DNA of 64,000 nt from Octopus sinensis (taxonomy: Eukaryota), in NCBI RefSeq assembly GCF_006345805.1, contig NC_042997.1:27900001-27964000 (forward strand). The letters are read 5' to 3'. This document shows, piece by piece, positions 26,530 to 40,330 of the stretch; within the stretch, counting starts at the first letter, position 1, and each line of letters opens with the position of its first letter. Position numbers and translations under genes: made by a program. A model generated the notes under the pieces. That model saw only the letters and a list, made by a program, of their open reading frames with translations, had not been told where the DNA came from and ran no database searches.

Positions 26530-27799
26530 CTACAGAGAATGATTTCTCAAAAGAACTGCAGTGGTATGAAATACGTTCGTTATCCGCAGCAGTCTATTAC
26601 AGAAATATACGTGTGTGTGTGAGCGCGTGCATGTGTGTTTTTGTTAGTATGTGCGTGGGCGTGGGTGTTTATGTGTGTATACATACACACATATATATAT
26701 CCATATACGAATGAGTAAATGGCTTCAAACATTAATTAGATTTATGATTTACTGAATAATTTACGTCAACCTACACCTACTATATAACGTAAAGTATACT
26801 ATAATAATTAGTTTCATTTTAAAGTTTACACAACTTGTAAAATTACCATATCTGAAAGTTACAAAATGTTAATCTGCATGCCAATAGAGAAAGATCCAAA
26901 CGTATTTTAAGCCGTTTAATCTCAGAAACTCGTGATTAAACTAAAGATAATTACCTACCTCAAGTCTAATATTTTTCTTTCTAGCGACAAACAGCCTGAG
27001 AATACATGAGCTTATTATCTAATAATATTAAGCTTATAATAATAGTTCTTTTGCATTCTCTTTATTTTGTCTTAACTTATTTCAATATATTTAATCACTG
27101 TTCAAATATAAAATTTCCTTGTCACAGATTTCCCACATATATGTTTTTATATTTTTAAACAGTATTCCAATTTGTATGTTTGTGAACAATAATAACTTTA
27201 ATAAATTATAAATTAACGTTATTTTGATGCATTCACATCATTTACTGTATAGTATTTGCTTTCATGTTTCTTATTTTGTGATTTATAAAATGTTCTTTCT
27301 CTGACAATCAATTGTAAACACGCAAGTTCACTACTTTGAATGATTTGAAAGACGAAAATTATTTTCTGTTAACTAAATATTTTCTAGAATTTCCGATTCA
27401 TTATGGGATTATTTTCCTTCTTATTGCTATTATTCAAATCAGTGTATTTCGAATAGAATTAGCTGTGTTTAACATATTGTTCTCTTTTACTCCCGTATTA
27501 ACCATCTTTTCATAACATACATCGAATTAGCTAAATGGGGAAATATTCTTACTTCTATCTTTTATTGAATCCCAATTTATTGTATCCATTATCCTTTACA
27601 GCTTATGTATATTAAAAAAAAACAGCGCCCTAATTTTACTTTTGAATTTACCGCCACATCATAATTATCCAGTTATTATTCTAACATGATTTAAATCTGC
27701 TCAATGTAAAAGACTTCTGTACTTCTGGAATGTCTAAAATACCGTTAATTTTAACTGCATTACATTTTTAAAATCATACAGTATATATTTATAACGGAC

Positions 27800-29000
27800 G
27801 GTCAGACATCAGTGGCTGAGCTGAGCATCATCCCTGTATAGACCTCCGGATAGGCTAGGGAAGTGCAGGTTAATCTTTCAAAAAAGGAGCCGACTAGATG
27901 AAAGAACCCATGGTTATATCGAAGAGATCTATAGAGGAATTACGGGACCACGCCCGTTGAACATACCCTGAAGGGCCTCCATAAGTTCTTTTCAATTATA
28001 ATCTTTCTGTCTCTTTCGAAAATAGCACTAAATTAGCTATTTCTCTTTAGATGTGATTCTTCTTAGATGCAAACTTATGTTACCCTTACCATAAATCGAA
28101 TGAGTTGTTATAATACATCAATGACCCGTCTAATCAACTCGGATTTGCCCTTAACCGCAACATCTTGCGTTTATATAGGGATTTCTAACCTATCAGTTTT
28201 GGAACATATCTTTAATAACCTTGTACCATACATCAACCAGACTGTCCCCGGTAACAGCTTTCGTGAGACGATCTCCTATATTCTCCATACTAGTCTACAA
28301 AACAAAACTCATACTTCCCTTCCTCAAAGCGGAATCTAAGCCCACCAGGTTTGCCTCTACCCTTACACATCCTGCCACCCTGCCACAGAATTCATCTTCG
28401 ACCAGTACTCTCCTGATATTCCGCCCACCTTGGATGTTTAATAATCTCCAACTTCCCCAGGGTAGCCGGTCTGTCACTACGCCGTATTCTAAGCCCCCCA
28501 AGAGCAGAAACTGAAAATATTATTGTTTGCGCCAAGTTTCTCTCGCCAGGTTAAATCTTTAGCCAAGCTATTTTTCAAAATACTAAGCTCTAATTTACTA
28601 CCACACCATATATACTACTCTTAAATAAATCTTTAATTAAAATATATTTTACTATAACACCAAATATGGGAGCTATGATTGCCTCTTCTAATAAGCGCAA
28701 ACTTAGCCGCCTTACTGTGGGCCGTACCCCCACCCTAACTCGCAAGATACTAATACAATGAGCTTCATGAATCCTACCAAGCTCAATAATAGCAACCCCA
28801 GTAATAGCGCCCACAGGACTATTAACCATAACACATGTGGCAGCGGTGACTCCCTCTCCTATCCCCATACTAGTAACGATAATGCTTCTGGTGCAACCTC
28901 AAGTATAAGGTATCATATGTATCAGATCAGAATAGAGATTTATCATAAGCTCACTGCTAATGGGAAAACCCGTGACCGCTAGTGGGAAAAACCTGTCGGG
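27800..29000 (-). pseudogene. Heavily decayed coding-like retroelement remnant (possibly gag-like)
   Basis: GC-richer than its flanks. Minus frames give RLTKAVTGDSLVDVWY and a broken knuckle-like C.CG*G..RVD, with many TAA/TAG stops. Family is uncertain. Confidence 0.25.
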
Positions 29001-29338
29001 TTTCCCAACTATGACCATCGTGTAGTTTCTGTTGACGCACTAATATCGTATATAAATGCTGGGTAATAACTCTACAATGCTTGGGTTTCTATTGGCAGCA
29101 CTGTTGATTCAAGCACTGCTATTGGGCTCACCTTAATTCATTTTCAAATGCAGCCTCTAAACTCTCTACATCTCTGACTACATACAAGCTTAAGTCCCAG
29201 AATATTCCCTATACCTAGTCCGTTGTTTGTGAGGTTTCCCAGTAAAACACAAACAACCGTGTTTCTAGTTGTGTTGCAAGGAATCGCTCGCTTTACTTTA
29301 CCGTCGTTATACCTCGTTACTCAATAGGTTCCTCAATA

Positions 29339-29566
29339 GGCGGCGAGCTGGCAGAAACGTTAGCAAGCTGGGCGAAATGCGTAGCCATATTTCGTCTGCT
29401 GTTACGTTCTGAGTTCAAATTCCGCCGAGGTCGACTTTGCCTTTCATCTTTTCGGGGTGGATAAATTAAGTACCAGTTACGCACTGGGGTCGATGTAATC
29501 GACTTAATACCTATGTCTGTCCTTGTTTGTCCCCTGTATGTTTAGCCCCTTGAGGGTAATAAAGAA
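29339..29566 (+). mobile_element. SINE (family A) with 15-bp TSD
   Basis: Runs GGCGGCGAGCTGGCAGAAACG...GAGTTCAAATTCC...AATAAAGAA. The TSD ATAGGTT(C/A)CTCAATA lies at 29324-29338 and 29567-29581. Confidence 0.92.
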
Positions 29567-30254
29567 ATAGGTTACTCAATAGGTTTTCTTGCCGTGTAAG
29601 CACAGACTTTATTCCACATTTTCCCATTTCGTAAAATATATATGATTTGTTATCTCTAATTGCTCTGATGTGGACCCTGACTGAATTACTGTCTGCTTGG
29701 TGAGATGCTCTTTAAGACCGGGGGCGCCCCATTTCACGACACCGATCTTATCTTTACCTTCTCCATTCCTCACACTGTTTCAGCTGTTCTAACTCAGTCC
29801 ATTCACTTTAAGTAATTGAATTCTCCTCTTTCTCCCTGTCTCCTATTTCTTCTTCTCTAACTCTGCTCCTCTTTCCTACGTAACATATATTCTCCTTATT
29901 CTCCCTCTGGTTTAGTACTTGTTCTGTCTCCTCTCTCTCTCTCTTCAATATTTAAATCTCTGGCCCTACTATATGAACTGCTTTTGCTAACTCTCTCTTG
30001 ATGAGGGAAGCCGGACTTATTGTAATATATCTGTGTTAATGTTTACTGGTTGCATCTTTCATACTGCATCTGAAAATTCTGACTACCACAATTATTACGT
30101 AATTTCTAGCTTCCTGAACTGCTCCTGAGTTATGAAATCATGTACACTTATATCGGTATTCTGTAATGATATTCTGTGTATATATATATGTGTGTGTGTG
30201 TGTGCGTGTCTATCCTTCTGAATATATGAAGACATACCTCTATGTTATGCGCAG

Positions 30255-30287
<33 letters not shown>

Positions 30288-30309
30288 TATATTATATATA
30301 TATATTATA

Positions 30310-31566
30310 AATAATAATATTAGGGAATATCCCAAATTTACAGGGAAAAAAATCAGATTTAGGATTAAATCCAATTTTATAGTAAAATATTATAAAATAT
30401 TATTTGAGACAAAACCACTATTTTGCAAAACAAACAAGGAAAGACTTAATCAATACATAAAATTTAATAAATAGTCAAAAAACCGCCACTACAATCGTTT
30501 CTTGTCTTGATCGACAATCTTCAGGTGGACTTCCAATCTAAAAAATCAAAATTTTAAAATATAAAAATAATACTTTTAAATAATTAAAGTATAAATGAAA
30601 AAATATAAGTATATAATCCATATATAACCTATATATAATCCATATCGAAAATATAGACTAATTACCACGAATTCCCTAAAAAAACCATGATAAAAAAAAA
30701 ACTCTTAAAAACATATAACGATAAAATCTCCCTTTGCTAAACTCTATAACAAACCTATAAAGTAAACCCCCTAACCTAAACATCACACACAAATACACAC
30801 ACGTAAACCACAGACTCACGACTTATACACATACCTATACTAACTTATAAACCTCAATATACACCAAAACCCACTCCCTCCCCACACAGACAAATTAACA
30901 CATACATCCCAAAACCTAAATAACAAACCCATATACACATTCACACACAAACACACACACTCACACGCAAAACACTCACACACAAAAGATACATATACTC
31001 CCTCACATATACGCCTATACATACTCACTAAATTCGACATATACAACAATACTTACACACCCACAAAAAACATTATATACATTTATGAGCTTTAACTCAC
31101 CTTAGCATCTCTAACAAACAACTTGCAGTAACCCAATCCCATTCTCTATGCCTACCTCACTACTACACTATTCCATTCACATTCCAAGCAACGCTAGTCC
31201 ACCACCCGGTTATTCACGTGGCAAAAACGACACCACTCAAAAATTATGAATGAAACAATGTAAAAAAATAACCAACACCTAAAATAGACAAAATACCACG
31301 AATTACCTAAAAAAACCATGATAAACCAAAACTCATAAAAGCATATAACGATAAAATCTCCCTTTGCTAAACCCTATAACAAACTTATATAGCAATCCCC
31401 CTAACCTAAACATTCACACACAAAAAACCCACACGTAAACCACAGACCCAAGACTTATACACAAACCTATACTAACTTATAAACCTCAATATACACCAAA
31501 AACCACTCCCTCCCCACACAGACAAATTAACACATACATCCCAAATCCTAAATAACAAACCCATAT
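30310..31566 (-). mobile_element. Penelope-like terminal-repeat remnant with hammerhead and ~270-bp direct repeats
   Basis: Direct repeats at 30664-30934 and 31295-31566, a hammerhead at 30486-30528, and (TA)n at both ends. Confidence 0.55.
30486..30528 (-). ncRNA. Type I hammerhead ribozyme motif
   Basis: Reads CCAC-CUGAAGA-UUGUC-GAUCAA-GACAA-GAAA-C-GAUU-GUA-GUGG. Confidence 0.75.
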
Positions 31567-31637
31567 ATATATATGTCTCAGACCTAATTGTAATTCTCTG
31601 TGTTACGCCCGCTCTTCTGTCTGTCTCTCTTGATATG

Positions 31638-31677
<40 letters not shown>

Positions 31678-32694
31678 CCAAGAAATACGAACATCTATGT
31701 TTGTGCGCGTGAGCTTAACATTCTACTCTTTTCCAGACATTTCAGAATGGCGGTTATTTGACAAAGATTCTAAGGTTTTTGTCAGAGGCATCTCAGATTC
31801 TTTCAAACAATTACAACTTTTCTTTTACTAACAATTTTCATCGCTACATGACTGTGCTTCAAGCTCGTATTACATTATAGACATATATGTAATATTACGC
31901 AATATCAACGAAGGAATATGGCGCGGGCTTCCACATATTGCAGCACTAGTTTAGTATAACCTTTTACAAGTAGATTCGGTCAAGCTCACGTACATATTCT
32001 TTATACCCCATCATTAGCCAGTACTTGAAAATTCTATTCCGATTGTGATATCTAACTGTATTTTCTTTATGTTCGCTAATAGAATGAACCAGATTTAAGT
32101 GTGTGCATATGAATATAGTTGCACGCACATATCAATTTACATTGTGCTACAAGTGCTGTGAGCATCTTTATTTCATATATGGAAATACGCACGAATAGTG
32201 ACGCATTCTCATAAATTATGGTTTAGTTTATTGTTATAATATGCATGCATACGTAGTATATATTCGCTTATGACATTTATTGTTTATATTTTGAAATCTG
32301 TATTTGTTGTTAATACGGTTCATGTAGCTATTGTTATTTTGAATTTTGAATAACATGCGGTTTATCATATCACACTGAAATATTTTTAAAGTTAACTCAA
32401 AAATAAGTGACAAAAACTTCAGAGAATGTAGAAAGGCACATTTCACCTCGCCTACTGCTTGTCTTTGTCTCAGAATCCATGCAAAAGTTTACCAGCGATG
32501 GTAGGGTTCGCAAAGTTCACTCTGAGGAGCATTGCTTTTGTTGAACATGAACATATAACATGTAATTAATATAATTGTAATACATGTATTTGGATTCTAT
32601 TTGTCGAACTGCTGAAATACCAACACACGCTCAGACACTGATAAAGCGATGTGAATAGATGCATATACAGACATTTTTTCGAAGTTATAAGCAC

Positions 32695-32731
<37 letters not shown>

Positions 32732-33107
32732 CACACATACATACATATATATATATACACACACACAGATATATATATATATTTAGCAATAAGAAAATGG
32801 AGGGGATCAATAGATGGTCCATCAACTTTTAGATATTGCATTATGTCAATTTATTTATTAATTTACTAAAATGAAAATTAATGTCTAAAAGTGGATGGCC
32901 CACCTATTGATCCCTCCTATTTTCTTCTTGCTCTATAAATTAATGGTAAAATATCTCTTTACCGTCACCCATTTTATTACTCTAGGTAATGTTATTTCAA
33001 TGCAATAAAAAACACTTGTGTATTTATAATTGGGCATTCTACCGGCAGTATATTGGATAGATATTATCCCTTAGTTGGTTGGATTCATAACCTCTAACAT
33101 TCTTGGA

Positions 33108-33146
<39 letters not shown>

Positions 33147-33857
33147 ATACGCGACCGTCTCTGTGTGTGTATACGTTTAAAATCGATGCAAATATAGTTA
33201 TGTATAAAAGTGTTGTTCTGCAGGAAGTTATGACAGAGATACACGTATATATCTATAAATTCACACATACCACGGCTGTATGAGGAAGTATATTTTTATT
33301 CCTGTCATAAAAATAAGTCCCATAAATTCATTCATAAAATGCCTTGATTTTCCTGTACAGCGACACACTCACATACAACGCATACATACACACAAAAACA
33401 AATTGCGAAGAGGGGGGCGGAGCTTGAAGTACAGAGAACAACATTAATTTACATAAGTTAATTAGTTGAATGATACTGCAAGTTTCGGTCCTGCACACCA
33501 ATATCCACACATGCGTATGTGTGTGTGTCCGTGCGTGCGTGTTTGTGTGTGTGTGCGTGTGTGTGTGTGTGTGTGCGTGCGTGTGTGTGCGTGTGTGTGC
33601 GTGGTGTGTGTGTCTGCGTGTGGTGTGTCTATGAGTGTGTTTCTGGGTATTTTTATAGCCGCACCTTCATATTTAAAAACCAGTGAATTATGGCGGCAAT
33701 TATGATTTAGAATAAGGCTAGCACAGTTAATTTTATACATCGTAAAACCTAAAACAACAACGTACTTAACTTTATTTTTAGATATCTCAATATCATGAAT
33801 AGGGTGCAATCGTTGCTCATAAACAATCAGTAGCTTGTACACAAAAGCATATGATGG

Positions 33858-33907
<50 letters not shown>

Positions 33908-34159
33908 AACGTAGAGAGAAAGAGAGAAGCGGGGTATGAGGGAAATATAGTAGTGGATAGACACATATACTCACACACGGACATAGACACACATCTATCC
34001 AACCAACCATCCATCTTCTCTACTCATTTTTCTTAGGATGGTCATTGAGGCAGAGTCCTCGATACCTCCTTCATGGGGTCCTAGCACTGGTTACAAGCAA
34101 TCGAAGATATGGATATTATCCAGCCATTTCGGTCTGGCCCTACACTTAGGTCTCACACC

Positions 34160-34389
34160 TATTTCTTTATTACCCACAAAGGGCTAAACATAGAGGGGAC
34201 AAACAAGGACAGACATAGGTATTAAGTCGATTACATCGACCCCAGTGCGTAACTGGTACTTAATTTATCGACCCCGAAAGGATGATTGGCAAAGTCGACC
34301 TCGGCGGAATTTGAACTCAGAACGTAGCGGCAGACGAATACGGCTACGCATTTCGCCCGGTGCGCTAACGTTTCTCCCAGCTCGCCGCC
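34160..34389 (-). mobile_element. SINE (family A) nested in RTE
   Basis: Reverse complement of family A, with an imperfect TSD AGGT(C/G)TCA(C/T)ACC at 34148-34159 and 34390-34401. Confidence 0.9.
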
Positions 34390-35007
34390 AGGTGTCATAC
34401 CGCTTGGCTTGTCTTGAAGATTCTGTCTTGTGATCCTTTCCTGCAACACGCTTATGTCACTTGTCCCGGACCTGTGACATCTCACTGCACAGAAGTAGCA
34501 GTTCAACTTGGTAAGGCTTCTGATTTCTGAGCTACGCACCCTGTTAAATAACATTACCCAAGAGACCCTTTGCAGGAACCATACTTCGGCCGCTTGTATT
34601 CGAGATCGCACTCTCCCGGTCATTAACCAGCATTCATGACCATAGGTGAGAAGACGCCCGAAAACCGAATCGAAGAATGCGAGTTTGGTTTTCGACCAAC
34701 CTCTCTGCTTCTGAGGATCAAATCCTGGATCTGGCGCATTATTGTGCCATCACTTGCAATTCTAGCATCTAATTAAGCCTTCCATCTTCCATCACTTAAG
34801 AATACGTTTCTGAGATACTTAAACTTCTGCACTTTTCTCAGGTATATTTCATTAATATGTCAAGAGCATTGGGACGAGTTTCTTGAGAGGACCAATATCT
34901 TAGTCTTCGCAACACTAATTCTCAACCATATCTTTTAGAACTCGGCAACGAACCCATTCGGTGCATGATGAAGATCACTTCAGATGAGCCAGGTAACGCT
35001 ATATATA

Positions 35008-35483
35008 ACGGGAAGCTTTATGAAAATAGACAAAAGATGAAGGCAGGTGGAAAACAAACAAACAATTGTATTAGTATGGCGCTCAGGAAATATAAATGAA
35101 ACAAGTCTTTAACGTTTCGAGCCTACGCTCTTCAACAGAAAGATACACAGAGAGAAAAAAAACACAGAAAGAAGGAGAGAAAAAAAATGCGTGCAGTAAC
35201 TAACGAATCAACATGGCGATCTGATTTCGGCCAGAAGTCAAAGATCAAACATGAGACGCGAGAGCGAAATTAGGGGAGATAATAGGGTTGAATGACCAGC
35301 TCCAACATAAGGGTGTGTGTGTGTGTGTGTGTATGAGAGAGTATTAGTGCGTATGAGAGGTATGGACGTGTGTATGTATAGGGTTGGTGTATGTATTAGT
35401 ATGTATAAGGTGTGTGTGTGTGTGTGTATGAGAGAGTATTAGTGCGTATGAGAGGTATGGGCGTGTGTATGTATAGGGTTGGT
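35008..35483 (-). mobile_element. Hammerhead-bearing non-autonomous retro-repeat with 15-bp TSD
   Basis: GTAACGCTATATATA lies at 34993-35007 and 35484-35498. The first ~210 bp nearly match 47201-47408. Confidence 0.75.
35106..35143 (-). ncRNA. Hammerhead motif with A6U core variant
   Basis: Reads UCUUU-CUGUUGA-A-GAGC-GUAG-GCUC-GAAA-C-GUU-AAAGA. Confidence 0.6.
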
Positions 35484-35725
35484 GTAACGCTATATATATA
35501 TATATATATATATGCAACTATTAGCCGACCGATCCTACCCCTGCCAATTGTTCTACCGTTTACAAAACCGTTACGTCCATGCTGATATTTTGCATGCACA
35601 TTGAAATGTTCCAGCATGGTATCGTTTACGTGACACAAACATCTGGGTATTCATAAAAGGATCAGAAGTTGCCCTATTAATCCCAACCTCCTGCAAAACC
35701 CTCTACAGTATGTTCTGCGACTCAA

Positions 35726-35955
35726 GGCGGCGAGCTGGCAGAAACGTTAGCACGCCGGGCGAAATGCTTAGCGGTATTTCGTCTGCGTTACGTTGTGAGT
35801 TCGAATTCCGCCGAGGTCGACTTTGCCTTTAATCCTTTCGGGGTCGATAAATTAAGTACCAGTTACGCACTGAGGTCGATGTAATCGACTTAATACCTAT
35901 GTCTGTCCTTGTTTGTCCCCTCTGTGTTTAACCCCTTGTGGGTAATAAAGAAGTA
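35726..35955 (+). mobile_element. SINE (family A) with perfect 16-bp TSD
   Basis: AGTATGTTCTGCGACT lies at 35707-35722 and 35956-35971. Confidence 0.93.
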
Positions 35956-37339
35956 AGTATGTTCTGCGACTTGAAGTCATATGGCTTTATGAGGTCTACA
36001 AAGTAAGCGTATACCTCTTGGCAATTTTCAAAGACCTGCAGTAGAATTTCTCGTCGATTGGGTCCAAGATGGAAGCGACACTATTCTCTAGAAAACCTGA
36101 GATCGAAAATTTTGCTGTATCTCTTTTCCAGTCACCCTGCTTAGATTTTTAACAAGGAAATGCCTCTGTAATTAGAGCGCTCTCTACTTTTTAAAAGAAC
36201 TGGGATCATCATCCCATTGCCTTTTTTGTCTTTCCTGAGGTCCAAGCCACCTAGTAGAGACGACTCATGAAGAGAATACGTTCTGTATTTAATTCTTTTA
36301 ACATTTCAGACGGAGCATCATCCTAACTAGCGTATACGGTAACATCAGTGTCCATGTTGCAAAGCACTGTGAAATCTACTGAAGAAATCTCCTCATTACC
36401 TAAGGTTAAGTCAATGAATGTTTAAATTTTATTCGACATGAAGCTTCTTACGCAAATTAAGAAGCTAGATGTTATTACTTCAGAGGAGACTGTTGCTCTC
36501 TTGCAAAATGTTAGTGTTTATTGAATCTAATATATTTTAGCCAATCAAAATTAACTCGCTATTTAAGAGCTTAATTATTCGGCATTAATGGTCTGCTAAG
36601 AACTTTATGTAAAATTATAGTGGCGTGATAGCAGAAATTCTACTCTATTATCTTTCATTAACACGAAAGGAAAAAAATTTAAATGACGTTGTATGTAGTT
36701 TTGGTTTTTGTATATGATGTTGTGTTCGTGTCTGTATGTACGTAGGCAGTGTATACTGTGTATAATTGTGTCAGCGTTTGTGAATGTGCATGTGTAATTT
36801 AAATATTTACACTTTTGTGTGTTTTGATAATTTTCTAACGCACCGTATAGGTCTCCCGTGTCAGTATGTAGATTTACGATCACATATAAAAGAACATTTC
36901 ATTTCTATATTTGTACACAGTCACCTCTTGAGTATATGAAATGGTTTTTGTTCAATACTCATCTCCCACAGAGGAGAACAACAGGTCATTACTTTATGTC
37001 AGATCCAGGTTTGAGATTATGTAAAAGAGACTACTCTTCTGTCTGATGCACATTACATACAATTATGCCTATTTAATGCCGCATTTGTCAGTGTGTTATG
37101 ACTTGTGTCTATAGACGTTTCAGCTATATGTCTGGCGACACATATGACAGATTCATTTCAGCGATAACGCGCACATAGCATCTGTTTATAAAATTGCAAA
37201 ATATCCGTATCTCCTTCCTTCTTTCTTTCTTTACCTATCTCTCACTCTTATTTCCTTCTTCACTTTCTGTCTGTATCACATGTGTATATGTGTACATTTC
37301 CTTATGTATGCCCGTACGTATGGGTGTACATATTTATAT

Positions 37340-37352
37340 ATATATATATAAG

Positions 37353-37416
<64 letters not shown>

Positions 37417-37439
37417 ATGTATATGTATAATGTATATAT

Positions 37440-37471
<32 letters not shown>

Positions 37472-37640
37472 CTATATGTATATGTATATATATATATATA
37501 TTTATTTATATATATATGTATGTATACGTATATGTATATATATATATGTATATATATACATATATATATATATACATATATATATACATATATATATATA
37601 TACATATATATATATATGTATGTATTTATGTATGCATACA
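37340..37640. repeat. (TA)n/(TATG)n array
   Basis: Direct inspection. Confidence 0.95.
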
Positions 37641-38504
37641 CACATAAATTCCTTTTCGTGCCTGTCATTTCGACCTAGTGAATACACTTGATTGGCGTCT
37701 CTTTCCGAACCCCAATTTAACCCACTTATCACGTCCCTGCATTCGTTTAAGTAAGTTACCAAGTAAATATACGTTCACTATTTTCTACCAACCCACTACT
37801 CCCACTTGTTTCACTCACTGCCGTTTTGCATTGCTTACTTGGTCGAAGCCCTGTATATCGTAAGCCTACTATCATTACAGTACATATTTCCATTGCTATA
37901 CGATTCAAAATACATTTGTTGGAATGACTCATTATTCAACACTCACTACTAATTCCCGTATTTGGCGTATACCCATATCTTTTCTTATATCGGAACTGCA
38001 GCGAGCACCACGGACAGACAACACGTTCTATATCCAGAGGACAGTTCTCTGAGACTATTGCTTTTCCTTAGCACTTGCAAAGATATCTTAAGGAAAAATT
38101 GCATTAACCAGTGTGCTAACAAATTCCCTGTTTCCAAGCTAAGAAGCCACTACCAACTTGACAGCATCTTTCTATTATTCACATGGAAATTTTAACTGGT
38201 GACGAGCATTCTCATTCTTCTTTCTTAAGAAAAATTTTCCTATATGTCACTGCCGCTTCACAAGGGAATTTGCATGTACACACACACACTATTTAGTAAA
38301 TCAGCTACCTTCCAACGTAGCTCAACTATTGGTCTTAACGATATCTCTTACAGTTTGTTCTCATCATCATTGAAATTTTTATTTTGTCGCTTTATATATT
38401 TCTACATAGTGCACGTGTGTGTATGCGTGTATATAAAACATATAAATTATATATCAATATCTATGAATATATAATGAGACAGGAAAAGGCGGTAAGAGGG
38501 TGGT

Positions 38505-38543
<39 letters not shown>

Positions 38544-38649
38544 GTATATAAAGCAACTATGGAATAAGGTTTTCAAGGCATTGGCGCTTCATTTAATCGA
38601 CCAGTGAAAGTACATAATTCAACTGAATCTTAATTATTTCTCATAGATA

Positions 38650-40330
38650 TGTATATGGACGTCTGTTGACTGTATTGAATAAATGGCAACATGGATTAGA
38701 ATGAAGTTGAAGCCCCAAGATCTAGGAGCATTGTGGTTAGGAGAGGCCTTTCCATCAGTGGGAGAAAATCCGATCATATGTCTTAGATTTACAATCGGAC
38801 AGAAGCAACGTCACCAATACTGAGAATCAAGCAGGGGAGTAGCTGAGAATATTTGAAAGATCAGGGTTTCCAGAAAAATACATGGCATGGCCCTAGTAAC
38901 ATGGACTACATTCAAGACTCATAGGTTTATTGACCGTATATTAAATTCCAATGACAAGCGTGGAAAGTGTGGAAAGGAAGGTAAACAAATACCTCCGATT
39001 ATGGCTAGGTGTGCCCTCAAACGTCACTTCAATAGGCCTGTACATAAGTTTCGGACAACTACAACTCCTCCAGTCATCCTTAATAGAGTGATTCAAATTC
39101 GCTTAATGTAGTACTGTAATGACTTACAGAGACTAGTAGGATGAGGTTGTCAGATATACAGGTATTACAACAAGGTCTGAGTAAAAGTTAGAGTTAGCAC
39201 CACAGTCGCACCGACTAAAAGCATGCTGGAGTAACGTGACTTTCATTCGAGTTACATGCAGGTGACAGCAGGGTCTATTGTTTTCCCATTTTTAACAATA
39301 GAAGAAAGCGGACACCAAAGGGAAGAGGGTCATGGTTCGAGCAGAAGTGCAGAACCAGTAGGAAGAAAGAAAATAGTTAAAATTTGTAGTATCTCAGGGT
39401 GCCTGGACTAAACGGGACCTCCCTAAACAGAATGTGATTTGTACAGATCTGAAATGACGGAGCCTTTTCGAATCTCTTTCCTGCTGCGGGCGGTGTACGA
39501 CACACACCCAACGCCAACAAACCTGCACAGATGGGGTTTGAGAGAAGACCAGCTCTGTAGATTTTGTGGAGAAAGAGGCACGCCGGCACGTATATTGCCA
39601 GGGCACAAAATAGTGCTTTCACAAAGGAGATACAAGTGGTACCATGATAGGTTGCTTACAAGAGTTGCTAATACACTGGAACAGGAAAGGCTCAAGAAGC
39701 ATCACCATCAAGAGAAAACAACACCAGTAACTAAGCTTGTGAAAGAGGGAGAGAGGCGGTAAGGACAACTAAAAAGACACATAGCTTACTACATGGATCC
39801 TAATCATAGGATATGAAAATGAGTCTAGGGGAGAGACTGCAGTTTCCTCAGGTTGTCCATACAACCGAGGCCAAATGAGCTTTTGTGGTCTGAAAAGACC
39901 AAGAAAATGATTTTGATTGAGCTTACAGTCCAATGGGAAGAAGTGTGTGATCAGGCTCTTGAATTGATGCGTGTCGAGAATGAGAGCCTTCTGAGCGACT
40001 GCAGCAAGAAAGGATAGCAGTTACGCCTTTTCCTAGTCGAAGCTAGCTGTAGGGGGTTCCTGCGCAGTCGGTATGCAGGATGTTCACAGCCATTGGAATG
40101 AAAGGAAATGAGCTAAGGGTGGCTTTGCGCAGACTGGGAGAGGCAGATGGAAGAGCCTGGTGTTGGTTATGGAGCAAGAGAAAAGAGTTAAGCTGGAAGC
40201 CAGGAGGAAATGAAGAGCAGCGATTTGACTACCTCTGCTGACCCACTAACGGGAGCATTTTACGGTTCAGGGGCGAAAAACCCAATAATCGTTGGATACC
40301 GTCTGATGATATCAGTTCCTCCTGGTCAAA
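38650..40330 (+). pseudogene. Decayed HERO-type (RLE) non-LTR retrotransposon, late RT through C-terminal CCHC/RLE and 3' end
   Basis: Fragments read WIRMKLKP, VERKVNKYLRLWLG, EPFRISFLLRAVYDT.PTPTNLHRWGLREDQLCRFCGERGT, KKMILIELTV.WEE, VEA.CRGF and CWLWS.R. Confidence 0.85.

Larger units (their letters stand above)
34025..36400 (-). pseudogene. Decayed RTE-clade LINE (RT region) carrying three nested insertions
   Basis: Fragments read YRGISLL, YAYFVDLIKAYD, CHVNDTMLEHFNV, LASSE.DLHHA, KVQKFKYL, TYGHECW and RSRIQAAEVWFLQRV...RVRSSEIR. Confidence 0.8.

Noticed and set aside
37110-37170. GAAACGUC with an 8-bp upstream hairpin (minus strand)
   Set aside because: No CUGANGA core or stem I.
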